This document shows positions 1-9,701 of a stretch of DNA of 64,000 bases, one piece after another. The position numbers and the translations under genes were made by a program. The notes under the pieces are model-generated. The model searched no databases. It was not told the origin of the DNA and was given only the letters and a program-made list of their open reading frames with translations. The first letter of the stretch is position 1. Each line of letters opens with the position of its first letter. Source of the DNA: Spirochaetales bacterium (lineage in GTDB: Bacteria; Spirochaetota; Spirochaetia; JABMQR01); assembly GCA_018399255.1 (NCBI GenBank), contig JAGYPA010000017.1:6130-70129 (forward strand), in the 5' to 3' direction.

Positions 1-130
1 GGCCTCTATCTTTTTCAGCTTATCAGCAAGTTCGCTTTCACCATACATCCGATAAAAATAGCAGAGAACAGGCATGAGTGAAAAGTATGCTCATCGTTTT
101 TTCGCAGTATTTTTTGGGTATTTTTTGGCT

Positions 131-218
131 GATAGGGCAACGGGGTGATAGGCTGATAGGCTGATAGGCTGATGGGGTAACGGGTTGATAGGCTGATGGG
201 GTAACGGGGTGATCATAG
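131..218. repeat. Short tandem repeats (GATAGGCT units and a 24-nt gatggggtaacgggttgataggct x2) in an intergenic region
   Basis: Direct reading: gataggctgataggctgataggctgatggggtaacgggttgataggctgatggggtaacgg. Confidence 0.8.
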
Positions 219-261
219 CGATGATACCAGTGGTAGAATCTTCAGTATTCTCCGTAGTGTA

Positions 262-633
262 CTACCTGGAGTTCTCCACAAACTGGATGCGCACGCCGTC
301 CGGGTCGGTGATGTAGAGGAATGAGATCATCGGGTTGGGCGAGAATGGGCCCTCAATGTCGGTGATGCATCTTTTTGAGAGCTCCTCTCGTTTGAGATCA
401 AGCGAATCGACGATGAAGCCGAGTGAGATGTCCCTGCCGTGCTGGGGTTCGCTGTTCTGTTCGCTGCAGATCAGTTCCACCTCTGTCTCTCCTGCTTCGG
501 AGGAGAGGAAGGCAATTTCGGTGCCGGGCCTCGGATTCATGCGGCGCTGTACGGTTAAGCCGACGATGTTCGTGTAAAAGGCGATTGATTCTTCCATGAC
601 ATGCACATTGATGGTAGTCCAGCAGAATTTCAT
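262..633 (-). CDS. VOC-fold (glyoxalase/bleomycin-resistance/dioxygenase) family protein
   Basis: 123-aa ORF of the size and beta-alpha-beta-beta-beta pattern typical of single-domain VOC proteins (MKF..TINV..EESIAFYTNIVGL..). Recognised by family resemblance only. Confidence 0.5.
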   Translation of the reverse strand: MKFCWTTINVHVMEESIAFYTNIVGLTVQRRMNPRPGTEIAFLSSEAGETEVELICSEQNSEPQHGRDISLGFIVDSLDLKREELSKRCITDIEGPFSPNPMISFLYITDPDGVRIQFVENSR

Positions 634-706
634 TGTTCATATCCCTCCAGTTCGGAATGAGCTTGACACAGATTTTTCAGTAAAAATGCCAGCAGAGAGT
701 CTCCTG

Positions 707-1876
707 TTAGCTGAGATCGCCGGAAATCTTCTCAAGATACTGTTGCCAGTTCATAACGTGTATATAGTCAAGAGCATACGGTTCCGGGACTAAGCTTACG
801 ATAAAACAGGGCACTTCCGGATTGTCTTCATGAAAAGAAGCAATTCCACTGGTATCTCCACGGGAAATACGCGATTTGCTTTTGAATTCAACCGCAAGCG
901 ATAGGCTGCCGTCAATTCTGATCAGCAGATCAACTTCTGCTCCATGGTTGGTTCGCCAGTAATAGAGCTGATAATCAATGCCGGAATAGTCGAGGATCCT
1001 ATTGGTTTCCTGAACCATAAATTGTTCGAACAGTCTCCCTTTCAGGGTGGGGTCCACCGTTTTTCTCAAGCGATGGCAGAGGAAATTCGTCACCCCATTG
1101 TCAAAGAGATACATCTTGGGATGGCTGAGAAGTCTTTTTGTCGGACTTTTTCTCCATGCAGGAAGTCGTAAAGCAATCAGCGTATCTTCAAGAATCTCAT
1201 AGTACGACTGTACCGTACGGGTCGGCAGTCCTGCCTCTTTGCCGATAGATGTGAAATTTACAATCTCCCCGCAGTAAGCGGCAGTGAGATCAAGAAAACG
1301 GGTATACCCGCCTAAGTTGCGGACAAGTGCCTCCTGCTGAATCTCCTCCCGTAGGTACACCTCTACATAGGCTTTGAGTGTCTCTGAAGCATCCCTGGAG
1401 TTCAGCCCGTGAAGAGGGGGTAGAGTTCCCCAAACAAGCATGGTATCCAAATCTGTGGTTGCTCCATGAGCTGAATTGATTTCTTTCACGGTGAAAGGAT
1501 GCAAATGTCTTTTCAAGGCTCGGCCGCCGAGCATATTGGCTCCTTTCTGTTTGAGTTTCCGGGCACTGGAACCAGAGAGAATGAATTTGACGTTTGAAGA
1601 TTCAAGCATCAGATGAACATCATTGAGAAGGTCCGGAATTCGCTGCACTTCATCAATGATTATCCATTCACAACCATTGTTGATTTTCTCTTGAGCCTCT
1701 AACCTGAAAACAGCTGGATCACGAATATATCGGAAGAACGTATCGTTTTTCAGCAGGTTAACCATCCACTGATTTTCAAGGTGCAGCGATTTAATCCAGG
1801 TACTCTTTCCTGTCTGTCGAGGGCCAAGGAGAAAAAACGATCTTTCAGGCTTTGAAATTAATCTTTTAATCATCAT
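707..1876 (-). CDS. AAA+ ATPase with C-terminal DUF4143 domain
   Basis: Walker A motif GPRQTGKST near the N-terminus. Overall architecture is AAA_14 plus DUF4143. The start is placed at the internal MMIKRL, because the upstream ORF extension has no homology and crosses the divergent promoter. Confidence 0.75.
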   Translation of the reverse strand: MMIKRLISKPERSFFLLGPRQTGKSTWIKSLHLENQWMVNLLKNDTFFRYIRDPAVFRLEAQEKINNGCEWIIIDEVQRIPDLLNDVHLMLESSNVKFILSGSSARKLKQKGANMLGGRALKRHLHPFTVKEINSAHGATTDLDTMLVWGTLPPLHGLNSRDASETLKAYVEVYLREEIQQEALVRNLGGYTRFLDLTAAYCGEIVNFTSIGKEAGLPTRTVQSYYEILEDTLIALRLPAWRKSPTKRLLSHPKMYLFDNGVTNFLCHRLRKTVDPTLKGRLFEQFMVQETNRILDYSGIDYQLYYWRTNHGAEVDLLIRIDGSLSLAVEFKSKSRISRGDTSGIASFHEDNPEVPCFIVSLVPEPYALDYIHVMNWQQYLEKISGDLS

Positions 1877-2049
1877 GCAGGATTGTACGGTAAATATGCA
1901 GTCTTGTAAAGTAATGCCGGTCAAAAAGTAGGAAAACCGCATGAAAGTCGGCAGCTGGTCAGGGGGGGATGGTGTCAGGGGAGATGGTGTCAGACGCCGA
2001 AACACAATTCTTCCTTTTACAGCATTCATGCAGTATAATCGGAGACACT

Positions 2050-3396
2050 ATGAACATAGATACATTTGAATTGGAAATAGAGGAAAAGATCCTTGACCGG
2101 GGATATGATTATTGGCAGTCAGGTTCGGTGCAGAAGATAGTCCATTCTGAAGGCAACAGAATTACAGCTGTAGTCATGGGCAGTGAACCGTATCGCGTAA
2201 GCATTGAGCTGGATAAAAAGGGAGACATTACGCATTCCTGCACCTGTCCGTATGATTACGGCCCGATTTGCAAGCATGTAGTCGCCCTGCTGTACGAGAT
2301 TGAAGAACGGCAGCTCAACAATTCCGAACCGGGGGAACAAGGGGGCGACGGCGGTGGTGAGAGCGACGGCGGGAACGGGAACGGGAACGGGAACGGGAAC
2401 GAGAACGGGGATATCGAGGTGGAGGGTGAAGACCGGGACGACTTGAGCAGACTTGAGGAAATCCTGGGAAATCTGGAAGCAAGAGAATTGCGTGCGCTAG
2501 TCCTTGAGCATGTCCGGCATGATCTTTCCTGGGGAAACGATCTTCTGGGAAGATACAGCGAATCGGATGAGGAAAGCTATCATCATTATTGCGCTATGCT
2601 TGAAGAGCAGCTTGATGCTTGCAGGGGGCGTCACGGGTATATCGATTACCATCAGGCAAGCATGGCTGGAGATGAAGCCTCAGATATGGTTGATAGAGCA
2701 CGAGTGCTGATCGGGGACCAGAAATTTGACCAGGCAATCCCGATGCTTCACGCTGTCTGCACGGTAATGGCGGAGGGCATTGAAGAGGCTGATGATTCCG
2801 ACGGCAGTATCGGCGGGGCAATTGAGGATGCAATAGACTGCTTTCAGGAAATGGCGGTAGATCCCGACTTGCCGGATGCAATTCGGATCCGACTGATTTC
2901 TCTGCTGACCGACCAGGAGCTCCTCAGTACTCTGTCAGATTACAGCTGGGATTCCAACCTGCTGAGTATCCTTCCCCATCTCGTGGAAACCGCGGAAGAG
3001 GAAAAGCAGGTGCTTTCACTGCTCGCGGACCATTACGGCGCTGCTGCCGACAGCAGCGTGGACGAAGGCGTCCGGCAAGGTTCCTGGAACAGATCGTATA
3101 TGGCCGAAGAGGCGGCCAGAATTATGCTTGCCCTCTTTCAGCGACGGCGAAGTCCTGCAGAGATTGAAGCCTTCATCCGGGCACATACCTACATGCCCTC
3201 TTTTCGCAGACTTGTACTGCAGCAGCATCTTGAACGGGGGGAATATCAGGAACTGTACAGAGAAGCTGAGGAGGGAATCATACAGGATGCCGGCTTGCCC
3301 GGACTTGTTCGTGAGTGGACGGGCTGGATTCTCAAAGGAGCCCAGGCTTCAGGAGATACAGACAGGGTGAGAGAGTCGGCATGGAAGGCACGCTGA
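2050..3396 (+). CDS. SWIM zinc-finger domain protein with an in-frame (GN)n low-complexity tract
   Basis: C-x-C-x7-C-x-H motif (HSCTCPYDYGPICKHVV), the canonical SWIM signature. RBS ggagacacta precedes ATG 2050. A GNGNGNGNGNEN tract is encoded by the gggaac tandem at 2371-2412. Confidence 0.7.
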   Translation: MNIDTFELEIEEKILDRGYDYWQSGSVQKIVHSEGNRITAVVMGSEPYRVSIELDKKGDITHSCTCPYDYGPICKHVVALLYEIEERQLNNSEPGEQGGDGGGESDGGNGNGNGNGNENGDIEVEGEDRDDLSRLEEILGNLEARELRALVLEHVRHDLSWGNDLLGRYSESDEESYHHYCAMLEEQLDACRGRHGYIDYHQASMAGDEASDMVDRARVLIGDQKFDQAIPMLHAVCTVMAEGIEEADDSDGSIGGAIEDAIDCFQEMAVDPDLPDAIRIRLISLLTDQELLSTLSDYSWDSNLLSILPHLVETAEEEKQVLSLLADHYGAAADSSVDEGVRQGSWNRSYMAEEAARIMLALFQRRRSPAEIEAFIRAHTYMPSFRRLVLQQHLERGEYQELYREAEEGIIQDAGLPGLVREWTGWILKGAQASGDTDRVRESAWKAR

Positions 3397-3848
3397 CGGT
3401 TGGGGATCAGAAACTACTGATTTGCCAGTATCCTGAAATCCACGACTTCAGCCGGACTGGCCGGAAATGCGAATACGCTGTTTGAGGGAAATGTCCGGGA
3501 ATGACCGTTTCCACACCCGGCTGATACCCCTCTATATCCACGAAGGACTGTTCGACCAAACTCTGGTACGCCAAATCAAAGCCGCGACCCGATGTCGGGA
3601 AATGTATCCGTTATGGACAGTATCTGCTTCCTCAATACTTTGTGAAGAAATGGCAGAGCTGGCTGAGGGCTTGTGCTGAAACAACTCTCTTACATAGCAG
3701 TCGGCCGATATATGCCGGGCAGCGCGGTTTACTGAAGGCTCTCCGGGTACATGGCGCGAAACGACAGGCAAAATCCATAGCATCCCGGTTACTGGGCTAT
3801 ACCCCAACCGTCCGGCGATGCGCGACGGAACTTCGCAAGGGCGGCTTT

Positions 3849-4012
3849 TAACCGCCTGGCCTCGGCTTTTCAGCCAGCCGCCTGGCCTCGGCTTACAGCC
3901 GCCCTGGCCTCGGCTTACAGCCGCCTGGCCTCGGCTTACAACCGCCTGGCCTCAGCTTTACAGCCGCCTGGCCTCGGCTTACAGCCGCCTGGCCTCGGCT
4001 TACAGCCGCCGG
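3849..4012. repeat. About 8 tandem copies of a 21-bp unit (GCCGCCTGGCCTCGGCTTACA), followed at 4060-4092 by (cccccagat)x3
   Basis: Direct reading. Lies in the convergent intergenic region between the SWIM gene and the 639-aa gene. Confidence 0.85.
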
Positions 4013-4100
4013 AGGTCCTTGAAGCAGACTGCATACTGCTGTCAATTAAAGCGACTCTCCGTAAGCTTCTACCCCCAGATCCCCCAGATCCCCCAGAGAC

Positions 4101-6020
4101 TCACTCCGCAGAAGCTTCTTCCGCCTGAGGAAACAGGACAGCCGCCAGCTCTGTCCGCTGCACACAGTACTGCCCGGAAGCGAGAGCCTCAGGAGTCGGG
4201 CGTTCCCTCAGTGAGCAGATGCCGTTTCTGCAGAGACTCCGGTAGACAAACCGGCTGTAGCGCTCAATGAACAGCTCGTAGGCAGACTGCTGATCATCCC
4301 CCCCATCATCCTGCGCCCCATCATCATCTACCCCATCCCCATCATCAACAAACCCATCATCATCAATATATATATCATCCAGAAGCTCATAGAACTGATT
4401 CAGGATTTCAAGGGCATAGGTGCGGACAGCAATCCAGCGATTCCCGATGGTGTGGAGTAGGGTAATGGTCATATTCATGATGAAATACCCCTCGAAATCA
4501 TCAAATTGAGTTACAAACAGATGTTCAATGTAATTTCTCGGATCCTCCCTGAAATCTGCCTGTCTCTGGGGGTGGTGTACCAGACTGGAGAAGATGCTCA
4601 AACTTACATCAGGATTATAATCCGCCCACAGGGTATACTCCTCAGAGCGGTGAGTGAAGCGCGACTTCATCATCAATGACAGATTGAGAGGCGGATCGAG
4701 AAGGTATGCCTGCTCCATTTCCCTGATCCGCTGGGGCAGCCCTTCAGATGCAAGGAGGTGCTCGGATTGTTTCAGGATTTCGAGTCCCTCACTGATGCTT
4801 TCACGATGGTTTTCGAGGAGGCGTTCAAGATGGTTCAACTCATCTGGGTTGCCGGCTGCAGCCTGCTGTATGGCATTGATTATCCCCCTCATGCGTGAAA
4901 AGAAATCCTCCCCTTTCCTGAAGGGGGCGAGGTAGGAGTCAAAAGGCGGGGGGCAGTGGTCATGAAGGGTGGTGAAGTGGTAGTAGACTTGTGATACTGA
5001 ACCGTCCGGGTGGAGGTCACGGGGTTCGCCGCCGTTTTTCAGTTTGAGCAGCTCCAGGCTGAGATAGAAATCATACCGGGAGTGAGAGAGCAGAAGGGCC
5101 TTTCCGGTATCGTTACACAGGGTAATTTCAGGTTGATAGTTACTGGTGGAGACCCAGAGTGAACGCTTTTTCGGGTTCATGTTGTAGGTTTTCAGTACGC
5201 TCGGGGCTGTCCGGTCTCTCAGTTCTACGTCTGTTCCCCGATAGCTGACCCTTTCGAAGCCTTTTCTGGTTTCCCGCTTCCACTTTCCCGGGAGAGCGGG
5301 CAGTTCCTCCAGGGGAAACTCAGCCCAGTAGACGGAATCCGGCTCTCCGAAAGTGCGGGGTATGTGAACTGAGTCTATCGCGTTGATCGTGAAGAAGTCC
5401 AGATAGCGCTCCAATATCAGTTGAGTAAGCGTTACTGTTTCGTTTTTCGGGTCTCGGAGGCTCCTGGTGTACCAGAGGAAATCATCGATGAGCAGGTAAT
5501 AGCCGTATATGATACCTTTTGGCTGGTAACAGACTCCGTTGAAAACAATCCAGGCAATGAAGGTTTGTTCCGTATCAGAATTACGCGTCGCTAATTCGGT
5601 AAGCTCCGGGCTGTAGAGAATTACTTCTTCTCCTGTGAGCGTATCCTGCAGCTGGTAGGTGTCTTCGGGGAGGGTATCGATAATCTTTGCAATAATCCAG
5701 TGCGGTACATGAGCCCTGCAGTTGGTGAGTATGGTTCTAGACTCGGGCGAGAGCCATTTCTGATATTTCTGCAGGAATTTGGTGAGCGCAAAGCGGTCTG
5801 AAAGGATGGAAGCAAGGATAAAGGTTAGCAGATGGAAGTCAGCTTGGTAGGCGTCTTCGGAGGCTATCGGCGAGTCGACATCCTTTTTTAGCGTATGGTA
5901 GATCTCAGAGCTGCGCAGGTGAGTCTCGGCAAATTGTTCTGCGAATTCTTCAATTTCATCAAAATGCTCATCCAGTCTTAAGCTGGCTGCAAGTATCTCT
6001 GCTGTAGTTGGCGTCTTCAT
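4101..6020 (-). CDS. Hypothetical 639-aa protein with an acidic D-rich linker; paralogue of 27802-29682
   Basis: Long uninterrupted ORF. Shares colinear blocks with the 626-aa ORF at 27802: TFIAWIVFNGVCYQPKGIIYGYY vs TLFITLILDNGESLQTIGIIHSYL; HLFVTQFDDFEGYFIMNMTITLLHTIGNRWIAVRTYALEILNQFYELL vs SLFEETFDRFGPTIMSSLFLILLEQGDRWVSVRSCGIEILKLFHQVL; ERYSRFVYRSLCRNGICSLRERP vs QFSRFVLMSLCSNGLLELSERP. No known domain recognised. Confidence 0.7.
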   Translation of the reverse strand: MKTPTTAEILAASLRLDEHFDEIEEFAEQFAETHLRSSEIYHTLKKDVDSPIASEDAYQADFHLLTFILASILSDRFALTKFLQKYQKWLSPESRTILTNCRAHVPHWIIAKIIDTLPEDTYQLQDTLTGEEVILYSPELTELATRNSDTEQTFIAWIVFNGVCYQPKGIIYGYYLLIDDFLWYTRSLRDPKNETVTLTQLILERYLDFFTINAIDSVHIPRTFGEPDSVYWAEFPLEELPALPGKWKRETRKGFERVSYRGTDVELRDRTAPSVLKTYNMNPKKRSLWVSTSNYQPEITLCNDTGKALLLSHSRYDFYLSLELLKLKNGGEPRDLHPDGSVSQVYYHFTTLHDHCPPPFDSYLAPFRKGEDFFSRMRGIINAIQQAAAGNPDELNHLERLLENHRESISEGLEILKQSEHLLASEGLPQRIREMEQAYLLDPPLNLSLMMKSRFTHRSEEYTLWADYNPDVSLSIFSSLVHHPQRQADFREDPRNYIEHLFVTQFDDFEGYFIMNMTITLLHTIGNRWIAVRTYALEILNQFYELLDDIYIDDDGFVDDGDGVDDDGAQDDGGDDQQSAYELFIERYSRFVYRSLCRNGICSLRERPTPEALASGQYCVQRTELAAVLFPQAEEASAE

Positions 6021-6524
6021 GGTATCTCCTCATTACGCATGGAATGCTGCTGATCCCGTTCCCCAGAACGGTGAAATCCGTCATAGTCAGAGGAAATTTC
6101 AATATTACGAAGTATTTTGAAATCAGCTCGTCAATCTCGGAAAATTCATTCTACCTGCTTTTACCATCGCTTGCCAAGTTTCCGACAGCCTGCTTGCATT
6201 GAATCGTTTGCTTCTGAGCCAGCCCACATACACACAAAATTGCAGAACAGATGGGAAACTTTGATGCTATCGAAAAAGTAGGCACGAAGAGGTGAAAAAG
6301 GCTGAACCACCTCTCACGTCGACATAAAACATACAAGTCACACGAGTCAATGCGGTAGGCGGGTAAGTAACTCCTTCCCGAAAACAAGTAGCCTACACCG
6401 AAACATCTACTCATGCGACATGTGTAAATCGAACCGACCTGCATCAGTGAAAATTTTCGATTTTCTCTTTTCCTTAGCAGGGTCGCGCGCTGAGGAGCGA
6501 TAAGAAACCTCCAGTAAAATAGTA

Positions 6525-6585
6525 AAAACCGTAAAAACCTGTAAAATTGTTGACGGACAGAAAAAGAAAGGTAGAATGTACTCTG
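6525..6585 (+). promoter_or_regulatory. Putative sigma70-type promoter with phased A-tracts upstream of the sensor kinase gene
   Basis: TTGACG (6550) is followed about 16-17 nt later by TAGAAT. Upstream lies gtaaaat-a-gtaaaaacc-gtaaaaacc-tgtaaaattg, with A-tracts at helical phasing like an UP element or curved DNA. Confidence 0.35.
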
Positions 6586-6616
6586 TGTTCTTGAAATTTT
6601 TCAATGCAGAGAGACG

Positions 6617-8338
6617 ATGCCCATGAAGCTGTCGGTTAAACGTTTTCTCATAATCAATAGTATTTTACTCATTTTTTTGCTTTCAGGCGCCGTCAGTATC
6701 CTGTACCTGGGAGTTTCACATATAACAACCGAAATGGCGGAAACGTTCAGTTCAGAAACACTCTCTAAAATTGCCGGTGATTTTTCCATGCGACTGCGGG
6801 GGTTGAGCCGCTTTGCCGTGCAGCTCGGCACGGACAGTGATATTATCGCAGTAAATGAGGAAGAAGAGAATCTCTGGGTATACAAAGATATCCTGAATCA
6901 GCTGCAGCGGTATGCTGCACTCAACGAGACCGAGAGCCGTCTCACCCTTTTTCTCGGGCAAAAAGGGAAAGGACTTTCATCACACGACAACCTTTTCCCC
7001 ATTGATGCAGAGTATCTTGCAAAAGAAGCTGAATACCCCAACATGTGGTATATCAGGAAAGGTCCGTCCTCCGAGGAAAGCACGCTCAAATTTTTTTTTG
7101 TCAATAGTCAGAATGACCTGGAACAGCAGGTTTCTATCTTGGTGGAAATAGACTTTGCCTATCTCAAGCAGCTGCTTTCAGGATTGAAAATAACAGGCGG
7201 CGGCACTGCGTTTCTTGTTGATCCTCACGGAAATGAACTGATAAGCGGGGATTTTGAAAAAATCCAGGAAGCCGTGAGCGAGGACCTGCTGGTTAACAGA
7301 GATGAACAGGAAGGCATTGTCTATGCCAAAGATAAGCAATTGCGCCTGCTGTATACCGAATTGTCAGGAACCGGTCTTATTCTAGGTATGGCATTCACCG
7401 ATTCTATGTTCATGGAACCTGTTCAGCGCGCCAACAGATTCGTACTGCTGCTCTTTTTCGTTGCGGTGATTTTACTCATAGCTCAGTTTCTCTTCCTCTA
7501 TCTTTCAATCAGGACTCCTCTTGGCACCTTGCGGAAGGGAATGCTCTCTGTGGAGCAAGGTGACTATTCCAGAGAGCTGAACTCGCACTGGCTCCTGGAA
7601 ATTGACTATATTTATCATCAATATAACCGAATGGTCCGAAGAATTGAATCTCTGCTCAATGAAGTGAAACTGGAACATCTGAGAACTCAGGAAGCCGAGT
7701 ATAAATTTCTGCAAGCTCAGATAAACCCCCATTTTCTCTATAACAGCCTCTACTACATCTATCAGATGAGCATGGCAGGGGATAGTGAAAATACAGCAGA
7801 GATGTCAATAGCCCTGGCTAGAGCTACTTTAAGCGGCTTCCCGAGCCAACAAGCCGGTGGTTCAGCGCAGGCAGAACTGGAAAACATCACAGTCTACATG
7901 AAAATTCAGGAGCTGCGTCATCCGGACAGGGTTTCATATGAGGTCACTGTTGATGAGGAGGCGCTCCATACTGAAGTTCCTCGTCTCTTCGCTGCCGTAT
8001 TTATTGAAAACTCACTTGTTCACGGTATGGAGGCGGCGGATAGAACAGTCCATATCAGCATATCGGCAAAAACCGGGCATCACGGTCTTGAACTGGTCAT
8101 TGAAGATAATGGCCCCGGAATTCCAGAAAGCAAGCTGATTGAGATGAATCGTCTGCTCAAGGAACAGCCGGAAAAGCTGACCGGGTGCGGCATTAGAAAT
8201 CCATGTCTGAGACTCCGGTACCGTTATGGACCACATGCGGGAGTCAAGCTGGTTTCCCGCCGGCCGTATGGGCTGACCGTGATCTTGAACATACCGGAAA
8301 CGCCTCTACGTTCCTTCCGGATATCGGAGCAAACCTGA
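6617..8338 (+). CDS. Sensor histidine kinase, YesM/LytS-like (two transmembrane segments, HAMP, His_kinase, HATPase_c)
   Basis: N-terminal transmembrane helix, extracellular domain and a second transmembrane segment, then the His_kinase motif FLQAQINPHFLYNSL and a HATPase region (VIEDNGPGI). Confidence 0.85.
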   Translation: MPMKLSVKRFLIINSILLIFLLSGAVSILYLGVSHITTEMAETFSSETLSKIAGDFSMRLRGLSRFAVQLGTDSDIIAVNEEEENLWVYKDILNQLQRYAALNETESRLTLFLGQKGKGLSSHDNLFPIDAEYLAKEAEYPNMWYIRKGPSSEESTLKFFFVNSQNDLEQQVSILVEIDFAYLKQLLSGLKITGGGTAFLVDPHGNELISGDFEKIQEAVSEDLLVNRDEQEGIVYAKDKQLRLLYTELSGTGLILGMAFTDSMFMEPVQRANRFVLLLFFVAVILLIAQFLFLYLSIRTPLGTLRKGMLSVEQGDYSRELNSHWLLEIDYIYHQYNRMVRRIESLLNEVKLEHLRTQEAEYKFLQAQINPHFLYNSLYYIYQMSMAGDSENTAEMSIALARATLSGFPSQQAGGSAQAELENITVYMKIQELRHPDRVSYEVTVDEEALHTEVPRLFAAVFIENSLVHGMEAADRTVHISISAKTGHHGLELVIEDNGPGIPESKLIEMNRLLKEQPEKLTGCGIRNPCLRLRYRYGPHAGVKLVSRRPYGLTVILNIPETPLRSFRISEQT

Positions 8339-8339
8339 T

Positions 8340-9593
8340 ATGAAGACGTTACTGATCATAGACGATGAACCGATGGTAATCCAGGGACTTGTACATGATA
8401 TTCACTGGGAAGAGCTGGGTTTCTGTGATGTGCTGAGTGCAGGCAACGGAGTGCAGGCCCTTGAGATCCTGAGAAGTAAAAGAGTCGATATTGTCATATC
8501 GGATATACGTATGCCTGAATTAGACGGACTTCAGCTGGCCAGACTGGTGCACCAGAATTGGCCCTTTGCCCGGCTTATTATTCTCTCCGGATATGATCTG
8601 TTCTCTTATGCTCAGGAGGCTGTGAAATATCATGTGTTTCGCTATCTTACAAAACCGACTCCCTATCCGCTTCTGGTTGAATGTGTAACAGCAGCCCTGC
8701 AGGATCAGAAATCACAAATTGATCGTATGGAACATGCGGTGAATCTTCTGGAACGGCTTGAGCGATTGATTCCCCGGGTTACCCGGAATATGCTGCAGAA
8801 GGTTATTGTTGACGGAGAAGATCTTACGGCTTTTGACTGGGGTGAATTACGGGAATATATCCCCTTTGTTAATGAGAATACTGCTGTTATGCAGGTTCTT
8901 CTGCACTCTGGAAAGCAGCAGGTGCCTGATATTGAGTGGCTGAGGGAACAGGCTTTCATACAGACCCAGACAAAAGAGTTCGAGATGCTCTATATCCCGC
9001 TACTTATGGAGGGGTCCCTGCTGCTGGTCTCAGTCTGGAAAGATGCGCTCAAAGCCCGGATGCTGCTTGAGCATTGGCAGAAAATGGCAGATCTATTGTT
9101 TCCTGTTGATGAATACAGCAGTTCGGTTCAGGTTGTTTTCAGCCCGATTCATCTACTTGAGGAATCAGGAGATGTCTACGTGAAACTGCTGGATATATGT
9201 CGGAAAAAGTCTGGGGGAAAGCAGGAGCCGGTGATGTTTTCCGGCGCCTGGGATAGAATGGATGTCCGGCCGCATCAGATGGTAGTTGAGGCTAAAAAGA
9301 TCATTGAGAACAATCTGGAGCATGATCTGTCCATAAGTGAGCTTGCGGAGAAACTCCACTTGCATCCGGGGTACCTATCATCGCTGTTTCGGGATTCAGA
9401 GTCGATAAGCCTGCAGCAGTACATCATTCGAAGAAAAATTGAACATGCAGCGGAGCTCCTGACAGAACCGGGGGCCAGGGTGTTCGAAGTTGCCCTAAAG
9501 ATCGGGTACAGCAGCCCGTATCATTTCAGCAGAATTTTCAAGAAAATCAAAGCTGTCTCTCCTAAAGATTATCAGCGGGGGGGCAGAGGATAA
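8340..9593 (+). CDS. Response regulator with receiver domain and AraC-type HTH (YesN-like)
   Basis: Receiver motifs (MKTLLIIDDEP..DIVISDIRMPELDG) and a C-terminal AraC HTH (YSSPYHFSRIFKKIKAVSPKDY). The start overlaps the kinase stop. Confidence 0.85.
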   Translation: MKTLLIIDDEPMVIQGLVHDIHWEELGFCDVLSAGNGVQALEILRSKRVDIVISDIRMPELDGLQLARLVHQNWPFARLIILSGYDLFSYAQEAVKYHVFRYLTKPTPYPLLVECVTAALQDQKSQIDRMEHAVNLLERLERLIPRVTRNMLQKVIVDGEDLTAFDWGELREYIPFVNENTAVMQVLLHSGKQQVPDIEWLREQAFIQTQTKEFEMLYIPLLMEGSLLLVSVWKDALKARMLLEHWQKMADLLFPVDEYSSSVQVVFSPIHLLEESGDVYVKLLDICRKKSGGKQEPVMFSGAWDRMDVRPHQMVVEAKKIIENNLEHDLSISELAEKLHLHPGYLSSLFRDSESISLQQYIIRRKIEHAAELLTEPGARVFEVALKIGYSSPYHFSRIFKKIKAVSPKDYQRGGRG

Positions 9594-9701
9594 CACTGCC
9601 GGCGGTGCAGCCTGAGATTTTTTCGGAATTCTTGAATAAGCGCAAATTATCTTAACTCAGGGCATTTCACTCAAAATGTTTTACACGTACCATGAGATAT
9701 C

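Noticed and set aside
1-57. Possible 5' end of a minus-strand gene (MYGESELADKLKKIEA...) running off the window
   Set aside because: Only ~19 codons are visible. This is insufficient to call.
3818-4270. 150-aa ORF (PPGLGLQPPWPRL...)
   Set aside because: It is generated by translating the 21-bp tandem array. Its periodic amino-acid pattern has no biological signal.
6340-6440. Possible tRNA (GGTTCGATT T-loop-like string on the minus strand)
   Set aside because: No acceptor stem, anticodon arm or CCA context could be assembled. The string belongs to the 26-nt repeat motif.
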